63,111 nucleotides of DNA from a virus (Duplodnaviria > Caudoviricetes), in the IMG/VR virus record IMGVR_UViG_3300048898_000040, positions 1 to 63,111 of that record. The stretch is one strand, 5' to 3'. The notes under the pieces are model-generated. The model was given only the letters and a program-made list of their open reading frames with translations, was not told the origin of the DNA and did not search any database. Position numbers and translations under genes: made by a program. Positions 47,158-55,445 of the stretch are shown in pieces (within the stretch, counting starts at the first letter, position 1; every line of letters starts with the position of its first letter).

Positions 47158-47691
47158 CTACTTGTCGATGCAGACCGGGCCGATACCCAGCTCGCGATAC
47201 TCACTGGTGAGGGTCTTGCCGCACCGACCGCACCGGCCGATGAGCTGACCGTACCGGGCGAGAGCTGCCTTGGGGTCCAACGCGATGGCTTCGAGGATAG
47301 CCTCACGACCCGAGGGGTTGCGGATGGGGTAGTAGTCGTCGCTGGCCTGCACGTCTACGAACCAAACGCCAACCCTGCGGCCCCGCTTGACCCGGTAGAA
47401 CTTGACCTCCCCGTCCTGCTCCAGGGCGTAGTGGAAGCTGTGCGGCTTACCAGACTCGGGAAGGGGAGAGACGCCCGCGTACTTTTCGGTAACCGTGACC
47501 GCCACCTGCTGGCTCTTGAGCCACTCGATGACCTTGCTGGCCTCGGCTGCGGAAGAGGGGCGGGTGGGGAAGACCTTGCGGAGCTGCTCGGCGCTAATCC
47601 CGCGCTCCTTCATCATGGTGTTGATGAGATTCGCTTGGTTCTGGGTGTACGGCTTCGGAGCCCAGCTCGGCTTGCTGTCGACTGCGTTCAT
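47158..47691 (-). CDS. DUF6011-like zinc-finger protein
   Basis: YGQLIGRCGRCGKTLT...GIGPVC. Confidence 0.7.
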   Translation of the reverse strand: MNAVDSKPSWAPKPYTQNQANLINTMMKERGISAEQLRKVFPTRPSSAAEASKVIEWLKSQQVAVTVTEKYAGVSPLPESGKPHSFHYALEQDGEVKFYRVKRGRRVGVWFVDVQASDDYYPIRNPSGREAILEAIALDPKAALARYGQLIGRCGRCGKTLTSEYRELGIGPVCIDK

Positions 47692-47725
47692 GCGACCCTC
47701 CCGGGTAGTAACCACTTATGAGAGA

Positions 47726-47755
47726 ACCCTATCACGCGGTCGAGCCGGGGAGCAA
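47726..47755 (-). promoter_or_regulatory. sigma70-type promoter
   Basis: TTGCTC-18-TAGGGT then TCTCTCAT. Confidence 0.65.
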
Positions 47756-47787
47756 GACAGCCTCCCCGACCCCTCCTTCCGCAGGTG

Positions 47788-48750
47788 CTAGCAGGCTCCG
47801 GAGCCGCCGATATAGGCGTTGGCTCCGGTGCCGCCCTGGGACGCCACGTTCACGGGTAGCGTGTTGTACCAGGACGAGTTGGTGATGGTGCCCCACGTGC
47901 CCATCGTCACGTAGTCGCCGACCGCGTACTTCCAGGCCGTCACGTTGGCCCGGGTGCCGCTGCCAGTCGCCAGGACGCCGTTCCCCATGTCGGTGCAGGG
48001 GCCGACGGTGGTGTCATCGTCGTAGACCTCGCCGAACACCTGAAAGAAGGTGCCCTTGTCGAAGGTGAACGACGGGGACGCGCCGGTCCAGAGCGTCGGC
48101 GGGTAGTAGCCGAGCGCCTGGCCGTCGTAGTACGCCCACCAACGGCCAGTGGGCGAGTCGTAGATCCACTGGTAGTTCTTGCTGCTGGACGGGACGATCG
48201 CACCGAGGTCGGTGGCGTTCGGGCCGTAGTCGACCCAGCCGTCACCGGAACCGATGTAGGAACCGCCCCAGACGTTGTTGACCCACCGGCTGGCGAACAG
48301 TTGGACACTGCACGTCGGGCACTGCTTGACGCAGCCCAGCTCCAGGATGGCCTGTCGGTTGCTGGTTCCCGCCTGAACGGTGGCTTCCATCAGACTGTGG
48401 TCACCGCTGTCCACGGTCGGCGGGCTACAGACCGCGATGTTCCCGGCGAGCGCCGTCTTGCCACCCGTGCGGGTGTCCTGGCCACCGGCGTAGTCGTACG
48501 CCGGATTGACCGAGAACGTCGAAACGCCGCCGGTGTTCTTCTTGGTCGGAATCGCGTGATGTTTCAGGTGGATGGCCGGACCGGGCTTGGTCTTCTCGGC
48601 GTGTCCCGGGGCGGGGAGGTTGAACCCGGCCCCGCCGATCGGCTTCGGCGGAGTCGGGCTCGCCGCCGTCGCGGGCGCTGAGATCGACGCTGCGCCGAAC
48701 AGTGCCACCGCCAGCCCCACGAGTACCCGTGACCAGAGTTTGTCTCGCAT
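47788..48750 (-). CDS. Secreted neprosin-like (DUF239) glutamic peptidase
   Basis: Signal peptide; HSLME, ILELG, WWAYYDGQALGYYP, FGEV and TDMGNG motifs. Confidence 0.7.
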   Translation of the reverse strand: MRDKLWSRVLVGLAVALFGAASISAPATAASPTPPKPIGGAGFNLPAPGHAEKTKPGPAIHLKHHAIPTKKNTGGVSTFSVNPAYDYAGGQDTRTGGKTALAGNIAVCSPPTVDSGDHSLMEATVQAGTSNRQAILELGCVKQCPTCSVQLFASRWVNNVWGGSYIGSGDGWVDYGPNATDLGAIVPSSSKNYQWIYDSPTGRWWAYYDGQALGYYPPTLWTGASPSFTFDKGTFFQVFGEVYDDDTTVGPCTDMGNGVLATGSGTRANVTAWKYAVGDYVTMGTWGTITNSSWYNTLPVNVASQGGTGANAYIGGSGAC

Positions 48751-48828
48751 ACAGCCTCCTAGGCCGCTCAAACGGTTGAGCCCACACCCTATCAAGGGCA
48801 TGGGCTCGGTGGTGCAGTTTGGAGCGGT

Positions 48829-49377
48829 TCACTTACCTGTGGACTGCACCGACCGGGTCTTGCCCTTCGGGTGCACACCCGCCCAGCCGCCCTTCGGCGC
48901 GGGAACCGGCTTGCCGTGGCCATCGAGGTGACTGTCCCACTTGTCCATGGCTTTCTGGAGGCCCTCAGGGGTCACCTTGTCTGCGTGCACCACGATGTCC
49001 CAGAAAGCCTTCTTGCACTCGCGCCGCGCGGCCGGGGTCTGCGGGTGGCTGTGGCCCTTGTGGTTGAGCTGGGGGCGACGGTCGCCCTGCGCCTTGGGGC
49101 CGGTGCTGGCCGCCTTCGGCTTCTGCGCTAGGTTGAGCTCCGGGTGGCAGATCCAGCAGCTCTCCATGGCGCTCAGCTCATCCTGCTCCGCCTCACTGAG
49201 GTCGGCACCGTTACCCGCCTCGACCTGCGCCGAGATGCCCGCGTGGTTGTAGTCGCTGTGCGTGTTCTCCTGGCCGCCCTCTTCGAAGCAGTAGTTGCAC
49301 ATCTGGCTGCCAGGGGGAGCGGTGTCGACCTTGGCTCCGGTGTAGGCACGGCGCGTGTTGCAGACGTTGCAGATCAT
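48829..49377 (-). CDS. Cys/His-rich hypothetical protein
   Basis: CNVC, CNYC...H..H, CWICH, HPQTPAARREC; start after the motif. Confidence 0.65.
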   Translation of the reverse strand: MICNVCNTRRAYTGAKVDTAPPGSQMCNYCFEEGGQENTHSDYNHAGISAQVEAGNGADLSEAEQDELSAMESCWICHPELNLAQKPKAASTGPKAQGDRRPQLNHKGHSHPQTPAARRECKKAFWDIVVHADKVTPEGLQKAMDKWDSHLDGHGKPVPAPKGGWAGVHPKGKTRSVQSTGK

Positions 49378-49422
49378 GGGGCCCTCCCGGGTAGTAGTAG
49401 CTGCTGCCTTGCTGATGAGTTT

Positions 49423-49451
49423 AGCTTACACAGTCATCAGCCCCGGTGCAA
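49423..49451 (-). promoter_or_regulatory. sigma70-type promoter with the -35 box inside a hairpin
   Basis: TTGCAC-17-TAAGCT; GCCCCGGT...ACCGGGGC. Confidence 0.65.
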
Positions 49452-49471
49452 GACCGGGGCCGTGAGTTTTG

Positions 49472-49672
49472 TCAATCCCAGAGTTTCTCGTCGAGATCAA
49501 TGCGGGGTACCTCGATTTCTCGCTTGATACCGAATCCGCAAACCTCGAGATGCACGAGCATGTCTCCGCCAGCCTGTTCTGTCATACCCCAATAGTGGAA
49601 ATACAACCCGTCATATCCTACGAACACGCTCCCGTCGACAGGCTCCGCCTTGAGCTGATTGGTGGTAAGCAT
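49472..49672 (-). CDS. Small hypothetical protein
   Basis: ATG after the motif. Confidence 0.6.
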   Translation of the reverse strand: MLTTNQLKAEPVDGSVFVGYDGLYFHYWGMTEQAGGDMLVHLEVCGFGIKREIEVPRIDLDEKLWD

Positions 49673-49701
49673 GTGACCCCTCCCGGGTAGTTGGTGAACT
49701 C

Positions 49702-49730
49702 AGCCTATCCGCTCGTCAGCCCCGGCGCAA
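49702..49730 (-). promoter_or_regulatory. sigma70-type promoter with the -35 box inside a hairpin
   Basis: TTGCGC-17-TAGGCT; GCCCCGG...CCGGGGC. Confidence 0.6.
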
Positions 49731-49747
49731 TGACCGGGGCCAGCGAA

Positions 49748-50143
49748 TCAGATTACGTGCAGGACCCTCTCGGCGATGATGCGGGCCATCTCGAGCCCGG
49801 CCGCCTCGTCCGCCAGTTCCTGGGTGAGAACAGCCGTTCCAGCCGTGTGTACCGCCTGCTTGAGCGCCGTCTCGGCTGCTTCGAAATCCCCGCTGTACAG
49901 CTCCGCCATGAGATGGGCGGCGGAGGTGATGAACCCAGCACGCCGACCGGCGTAGTAGTCGGTCTTCTCCCTCTGAGCTTGCCGCGAACGCACTCCCGCC
50001 TCGGAGCGTAGCGCGCCCCGGATGAGCATGAAGAGCAACGAGCGGTGCGGAGCCGTGGTCGGGATGTTGGTCGCTGATGAGACGAACTCCGCAGTGTTGG
50101 CCGCCATGTCTACCGCCACGACACCGTCTTCTGTCTCGAACAT
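49748..50143 (-). CDS. Hypothetical helical protein
   Basis: AAGGAGG RBS, MFETEDG start. Confidence 0.6.
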   Translation of the reverse strand: MFETEDGVVAVDMAANTAEFVSSATNIPTTAPHRSLLFMLIRGALRSEAGVRSRQAQREKTDYYAGRRAGFITSAAHLMAELYSGDFEAAETALKQAVHTAGTAVLTQELADEAAGLEMARIIAERVLHVI

Positions 50144-50167
50144 TTCCCCTCCTTGGGATGGAATACG

Positions 50168-50236
50168 TGCCCCTGGCGGGATTCGAACCCGCACCCTCCG
50201 GTGTTTGCCGGTGCCGCACCGCGCGGCGTCAGGGGC
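50168..50236 (-). ncRNA. tRNA-like element with a shrunken anticodon arm
   Basis: GCCCCTG-AC-GCCGC-GCGGT-GCGGC-A-CCGG-CAAACA-CCGG-AGGGT-GCGGG-TTCGAAT-CCCGC-CAGGGGC-A. Confidence 0.75.
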
Positions 50237-50262
50237 TGGTGGGGCGGTTGCCGCCCAGTTGC

Positions 50263-50625
50263 TCACTCCTCGGAAGCGCCCAGGAGCATGGCCTCGAGCT
50301 CGTCCTCTTCCATGTCTAGCAGCTCCTCGGTGATGGCCAGGTCGACCAGCACCCGCCGGATGGCGGAGACACTGAGGTGCAGTTCGTTCGCGATGGACCG
50401 CATGCTACGCGGCGCGATGAAGAGGACACCCTCGGACTCGTCAGCCTCCTGGCCCTCCCGCTGCGCCCGCACCCAGACCGCCTCCTCGAGGGCCTTGCCG
50501 CTGAGGAAGTGCCGACGACGGAGGGTGCCGTCCTCGCGAACGCTGTGGACCTGGGCAACGCCCGCGTTGAGAGCCTCGAGGATGTCGGAGTCGGCAGTGG
50601 CGGTGGCGGTGATGATGAGTTCCAT
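50263..50625 (-). CDS. HTH DNA-binding protein
   Basis: SMRSIANELHLSVSAIRRVL; start after the motif. Confidence 0.75.
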   Translation of the reverse strand: MELIITATATADSDILEALNAGVAQVHSVREDGTLRRRHFLSGKALEEAVWVRAQREGQEADESEGVLFIAPRSMRSIANELHLSVSAIRRVLVDLAITEELLDMEEDELEAMLLGASEE

Positions 50626-50663
50626 TGTGACCCTCCCGGGTAGTTGGCCTTGCTGATAGAAGA

Positions 50664-50693
50664 ACAGTAGCACGGGTGTAGGACCCTACGCAA
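50664..50693 (-). promoter_or_regulatory. sigma70-type promoter
   Basis: TTGCGT-18-TACTGT then TCTTCTATCAGCAAGG. Confidence 0.65.
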
Positions 50694-50712
50694 GGCCCTT
50701 TTCCCAGGGACT

Positions 50713-51177
50713 TCAGGATACCTTGGACCTGATAGCCCGAACGTTGCTGACCTGCGGCTTCCTGCGGGAGGAGGGCTGGGAGGGAGCTGCCTTGGCGTGC
50801 ATAGCCGAGCGCGCCAGCGCCATAAGCACGTCGACGGTGAAAGGCATGGCGTGCGCGCTGATTGGGTCAGTTCCACCGAGCGTGAACATATGCGTGAGGT
50901 GCCAGTACGAGACCCAGGCGGCAATGAGAGCTATGACCCCCACCCCCACCTTCCGCAGGAGACCGGCCCGCCCCTTGGCGGGCACCCTCTCCACCATCTC
51001 CAGCGCCAAGAACAGCGCTACCGGGGCCCAGAACCCGGTCGCCAGCCCGACCCAGGTGTGCGCACTCGCGTACATGTTGGCTGCCACGGTGGCCGCGCCG
51101 GTGGCGTAGAAAGTGCTTCCGGCGGTAATGCGGGTGTTACGGGCGCGCCGCTGCGCAGCCGTGAGCTTGGCGGTCAC
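50713..51177 (-). CDS. DUF2637/SpdA-like membrane protein
   Basis: Several TM helices; AAWVSYWHL...MPFTVDVLM. Confidence 0.65.
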   Translation of the reverse strand: MTAKLTAAQRRARNTRITAGSTFYATGAATVAANMYASAHTWVGLATGFWAPVALFLALEMVERVPAKGRAGLLRKVGVGVIALIAAWVSYWHLTHMFTLGGTDPISAHAMPFTVDVLMALARSAMHAKAAPSQPSSRRKPQVSNVRAIRSKVS

Positions 51178-51381
51178 ATTCCCTCCGCGTCATGGTCGGT
51201 CTCGATCTCGTGGCGAGTGAGCTCGTCTTTGGTGACGTAGCCCTTGCCGCACTCGTTACACTCGTGCTTGATAGTCCCGCGCGCTGTCTGAGCGTCGCTC
51301 ATGATTGCTCTCCCGAGCTAGTGAGATGTTCGGCTGAGATGCCGGGACAAGGCACCCTCGTGGGGTGCCCTCTCCGTGGTC

Positions 51382-51504
51382 TCAGACGTAGCGAACGACA
51401 GGAGTGTACCGACGGCCAGTGCTGGCCTCGAGGTGCGTACCCTTCGAGCTGAACTTCCTCACGAGAACGTACTTGCGACCAGTGCTGCGCTCTGTGAACT
51501 TCAT
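51382..51504 (-). CDS. Small basic protein (40 aa) with an internal STGR(K/R)Y duplication
   Basis: MKFTERSTGRKYVLVRKFSSKGTHLEASTGRRYTPVVRYV*; ATG after the motif. Confidence 0.6.
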   Translation of the reverse strand: MKFTERSTGRKYVLVRKFSSKGTHLEASTGRRYTPVVRYV

Positions 51505-51545
51505 GAGACCCTCCCGGGTAGTGGACCTGCCTTGCCGATGAGAGA

Positions 51546-51574
51546 ACACTATCACGTCGCAAGAGACCCCGCAA
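51546..51574 (-). promoter_or_regulatory. sigma70-type promoter at the start of the accessory region
   Basis: TTGCGG-17-TAGTGT then TCTCTCATCGGCAAGG. Confidence 0.65.
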
Positions 51575-51670
51575 GACCTGAGTCCTACGGGGTCCCTGTT
51601 GCGGCGGGACGAACGAAGTGCTACCGGCTCGGGGAGAAGTACCGAAGCCAGCTACGTCCAGTGTAGCAGC

Positions 51671-52051
51671 CTAGTTGTTGAAGCCGCTGGTGACTTGTGT
51701 CGGTGCCGGTCGGTCGGTGCTGGCCGCCGGAGCGAACCAGAGTCCGAGGCTGAGCCCGACCGCCGCGACGACCTGGTACCAGTCGTTCAGGTCCAGGCTG
51801 CTGAAGCCGCCGTTGCCGACCAGGTACTGGAGGATGGCTACACCCGCCAGCAGCGCCGTGACCACCGTCTTGAGGCTCTTGAACTGCGGGAACACCGGCA
51901 CCAGGTAGACCAGGATGTTGTTCCCGAAGGCGATGACGATCACGACCGTTTCCGCCGTGTCGACGTGGTGGTCGCCGCTCACGAGCGGGATGATGACTGT
52001 GACCACCGCCCACACGAAAGCCACGAAAGATTTGCCGTACTTAGCCCACAT
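51671..52051 (-). CDS. Holin-like protein (4 TM)
   Basis: Four hydrophobic segments; at the end of the late operon. Confidence 0.65.
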   Translation of the reverse strand: MWAKYGKSFVAFVWAVVTVIIPLVSGDHHVDTAETVVIVIAFGNNILVYLVPVFPQFKSLKTVVTALLAGVAILQYLVGNGGFSSLDLNDWYQVVAAVGLSLGLWFAPAASTDRPAPTQVTSGFNN

Positions 52052-52060
52052 GATGTCTCC

Positions 52061-52378
52061 CTAGCAGTTAAATTCCTTGTCAACGAGCAGATGCAACCTC
52101 CGAGCGAACTCCTTGGAGTCCTCGCTGACGGGTGGCTGGCCCGCCGTGGGCTCCAGGAGCTTCTGATACCGCTGATCCAGAGGAACGAGGAACGAGCACC
52201 AGCGCTTGTCCGCGTTAGCCTGGGTCCAGGCCGAATACCAGATGGTGAAGCTGATAAGAAGACCGAGGGCAACTAGCCCGATGATGGCCTCCGTGATACG
52301 CGCTTTGCGCTGTCGCTCCGACTCGTCCTTCCAGTGAGCGACCTGCGCTTCGAGCATTTCCTTGGTGTACGGACTCAC
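52061..52378 (-). CDS. Single-pass membrane protein (lysis accessory)
   Basis: One TM helix and two C-terminal Cys. Confidence 0.55.
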   Translation of the reverse strand: MSPYTKEMLEAQVAHWKDESERQRKARITEAIIGLVALGLLISFTIWYSAWTQANADKRWCSFLVPLDQRYQKLLEPTAGQPPVSEDSKEFARRLHLLVDKEFNC

Positions 52379-52397
52379 CCCCCGATCCCCTCCGTGA

Positions 52398-52655
52398 TCA
52401 CTGCGAGGACGACGACGATGACGAGGACGATGACGGTTCCGACGAGGATGGCTCGGTTGTACTCGGGCCACCGTTGCTGCGCTGCGACCAGAGAGCCAGG
52501 CCGGTCGGACCCATGAGCAGAGTGACCCCCGCTGGAACCAGGATGGCGCTTGGTTCTGACACCATCACGGTTTGCCACACCAGGATGAACGCCCCGACGA
52601 GAATCAGGGTGACGTCCCGTAGAACGATGGTCCTTCTTTTGCTCTTGTCTTCCAC
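52398..52655 (-). CDS. Two-TM membrane protein (lysis cassette)
   Basis: Two hydrophobic segments and a Ser-rich tail. Confidence 0.55.
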   Translation of the reverse strand: MEDKSKRRTIVLRDVTLILVGAFILVWQTVMVSEPSAILVPAGVTLLMGPTGLALWSQRSNGGPSTTEPSSSEPSSSSSSSSSSQ

Positions 52656-52678
52656 CCATGCCCAACCTTCCTGGTTCT

Positions 52679-53476
52679 CTATTTAGCGTACGTAATAGTG
52701 AGCTGGGGTGGCGTGTAACCGCTCCCCACCCCGGCAACGACACCGAGAAAATTGGGGTCGCTACTAGGCGCTTCGAGCACCAACCCTTTAGCCGTCCCCG
52801 CCCGCAGAACCTGCGCGAACGCGAAAGGGAGATTGTGTGTAGATATCTGCCCCGATTGAACATCACCCTGGTACCCATACCGAAGAATGGTGGTCGTGAC
52901 ATCGTACGTCGTCGGCTCACTGGCTTGGTTGTGCATACCTACCGCCAGCGTGGTCGTAGTATGCGCGGCACTTAGCACCGAAACCGTGAGTTGAACGGAC
53001 TGGATGGTGCTGCTAGCCAGTGCCGTAGCGATAGCGGCGTAGTCGAAACCGACAAGCGCCTTCTGATATCCGTTAGCTGTATCACTGCCGAACACCGCAT
53101 TGACCTGGCCCTGCGTGTCGTTGCGCTTCGCGCCGCTACCGGCGTAGGTCTGTGACCACTGAGCCAACCAGGTCTGCTGGAAGGACTGCGGAGGAGAGGG
53201 CTGGGCGGGCTTGGTGGGATACGCCGGAACTGCCGGTGGACTGGTGATGTCACTACGCATGGGGTAGTCGACGTACACGTACGCGCTGCCGTTCCAGTAT
53301 CGACCGCGCAGACGCCCGTCATAACGCATCCAGAGGTTCGTGGGGTCCGTCTCGGGCGGATCAGCTGCGAACGTGGGGATGACGAAGCGCTGCTGCCGCA
53401 TCATCGAGGAGATGAGCTCGGCTACTTGCTGGCCGAACTTCCCCTCCGGCGTCGTCGGAACCTGGCGACTGCTCAT
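52679..53476 (-). CDS. Minor tail protein
   Basis: Beta-rich; PPQLTITYAK C-terminus; tail module. Confidence 0.65.
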   Translation of the reverse strand: MSSRQVPTTPEGKFGQQVAELISSMMRQQRFVIPTFAADPPETDPTNLWMRYDGRLRGRYWNGSAYVYVDYPMRSDITSPPAVPAYPTKPAQPSPPQSFQQTWLAQWSQTYAGSGAKRNDTQGQVNAVFGSDTANGYQKALVGFDYAAIATALASSTIQSVQLTVSVLSAAHTTTTLAVGMHNQASEPTTYDVTTTILRYGYQGDVQSGQISTHNLPFAFAQVLRAGTAKGLVLEAPSSDPNFLGVVAGVGSGYTPPQLTITYAK

Positions 53477-54618
53477 ACCGCTCCCCCGCTGTCCACCTCG
53501 GGCACTTCCCGGTCGTTCAGGTTTACCGTGAGCGTGACCGTGTTGTTGTCTGGGTCCATCTCCCGACCAAGGATGCGACAGTTGCTAATGTCGAAATTCA
53601 TGAACCGATCTTCCACCTGAACTCGACACCTGTCACCCTTCGTGTAGCTGAACATGCTCGGGGCGTCCATACGCACTAGGAAGCTCAGCGCGCTCAGGTA
53701 GTCGGCCCGGTACAGGCGCTCCGTGCGCGCGTAGCTGGCCAACTGAGCTAGCGTGAAGTTGCCGCTGTACTGGCTGGTCTGGTCAGTACGGAGCGTGTAA
53801 CCGCCCGCCAGTGCCGGAGACTCGTCAGAGGCCCACGGTGTGCTCTCGGCGTTCGGCCCCTCGCCGATGGCCCAGATACGACTCGCCACGGCCGAGGCGT
53901 CGTCGGAGGTCTCAGTTATCTTGAGGATGTTGCCACCCGCCGGAGTCTTGCGGAATACGAGCCCCTGGACGGTGGAGCCACGCTGAGGAATGTAGAACTG
54001 CACACGAATCTTGGGGTACCCATCGCCAGCAATGTACGGCTCGACCTCCCACTCGAAACCGCCATTGCTCAGGCTGCCCAGTTCATCTAGATGCGTACCG
54101 AGGGACTTGAACTCGACCCCGGTCACGATGTAGTTGCGTAGAACGCCAGTGGGGTAGAAGGCCGACTCGATGGGTGGCGTGCCGTTGTTGTACGTGGCGC
54201 TGGCCCTGTCGATGATGTAGCTGGCGATGGCCAGTTGATCTGTGTTCGTAAAGTTCTGCGTCCACGGATCTGTGGTGCCCACCTTCGGACCTATGATGAG
54301 CCGATAGAACCAGCTCTTCCAGTCGATGGCCGTGATGGTTAAGGTGTTCGTATCTGAGTCCCAGTCCCGGTTTACGATGGGACCACCGAAGCTGATGCTA
54401 CCGTCCCCGGGCAGGGCATATATCGATGAACCGTACGGCACCGTGTTGGCACGAATGCCGTCGGCCACCATGGGGTTATCCGGTACCGTCACCTTTCCAG
54501 TGAACGTTGTGCCGCCGTTGACGACCTCCGTCCACTTGGCCTCCCGCACGTCAAGCCGACCCATCCGCGTTCGCGTCACGGGTTGGTATACCTGGTACTG
54601 GAACTCGGGTGCGGTCAC
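53473..54618 (-). CDS. Minor tail / baseplate hub protein
   Basis: W..VVNGG, GGPIV.RDW and GFEWEV pattern of actinophage tail hub proteins. Confidence 0.7.
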   Translation of the reverse strand: MTAPEFQYQVYQPVTRTRMGRLDVREAKWTEVVNGGTTFTGKVTVPDNPMVADGIRANTVPYGSSIYALPGDGSISFGGPIVNRDWDSDTNTLTITAIDWKSWFYRLIIGPKVGTTDPWTQNFTNTDQLAIASYIIDRASATYNNGTPPIESAFYPTGVLRNYIVTGVEFKSLGTHLDELGSLSNGGFEWEVEPYIAGDGYPKIRVQFYIPQRGSTVQGLVFRKTPAGGNILKITETSDDASAVASRIWAIGEGPNAESTPWASDESPALAGGYTLRTDQTSQYSGNFTLAQLASYARTERLYRADYLSALSFLVRMDAPSMFSYTKGDRCRVQVEDRFMNFDISNCRILGREMDPDNNTVTLTVNLNDREVPEVDSGGAV

Positions 54619-54637
54619 CGGATAACCCTTCTGGCTA

Positions 54638-55432
54638 CTAGCTCTTGGTGGCCGACGACGCCTTATTGGCGACCGGAGGCTGGAGTAGGTTCAGGATCTG
54701 GGTCAGATTGGCGTTGATGCTTGCGATCTGGCCCTTCACCTCATCAAGCTCCTCTTGAAGCTCGTTGATCTGGCCGCGACCTTCGCTGTATCCGATCCAC
54801 TGCCGGAGAGTCAGCTCCCGGTCGGGCGTGTTCGGGTCGGCGAAGTCCGGAATCTTGATCGTGTTGATGGCGTTGGCCAGAAGGCTGTTGAACTCGGCCT
54901 GCGTTGTCACGAGGTCTCCTTGAGAAGAGGGCGGAGCGGGAGGGACGTAGACGCCCCAGGAGCGTACGTCGCGCTCAGCTTTCGTCTCGTATCGAGCGCT
55001 GAAGTGCGCATGGTTGTAGTGCTTGTCGGAAGAAGCCGTGTAGGTCTTTCCGGCCCAGTCAGCATCCTTGTCGTAGATGACGCCGCGCCAGATGACGTAG
55101 TTGAGACGACACATGTCGTTGGGGTCCATCCACCGCCGTTTCTCTTCGGCAATGATGGCCTTGATCTTCTTGTCGAACCAGCCGCCCGCCTCACCGCCCC
55201 TTCCGTCCGGCCAGGGTCCAGTCGAGTCGATGTCCAGCGCGTGGACCTCGTTGATGTGGTCGGCATCCTTGTTCCGCAATACCGACGAATCTTCGTCCGG
55301 CGTGTGGTCCGACGAAGACGAATGGCTGGTGTCTCCGATAGTCCCGTCTGCGCCTTTGTCTCTGGCAGGAGAAACGAGATTGAACTCGTCCCGCAGTGCC
55401 ATCAGGCTCGGAATAGTGACCCAACTGCTCAT
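54638..55432 (-). CDS. Endolysin-like Zn peptidase (H...D...HxH)
   Basis: DGTIGDTSH...SDH, VHALDID, YVIW, HYNHAHFS. Confidence 0.7.
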   Translation of the reverse strand: MSSWVTIPSLMALRDEFNLVSPARDKGADGTIGDTSHSSSSDHTPDEDSSVLRNKDADHINEVHALDIDSTGPWPDGRGGEAGGWFDKKIKAIIAEEKRRWMDPNDMCRLNYVIWRGVIYDKDADWAGKTYTASSDKHYNHAHFSARYETKAERDVRSWGVYVPPAPPSSQGDLVTTQAEFNSLLANAINTIKIPDFADPNTPDRELTLRQWIGYSEGRGQINELQEELDEVKGQIASINANLTQILNLLQPPVANKASSATKS

Positions 55433-55445
55433 GGATACCTCCTTC

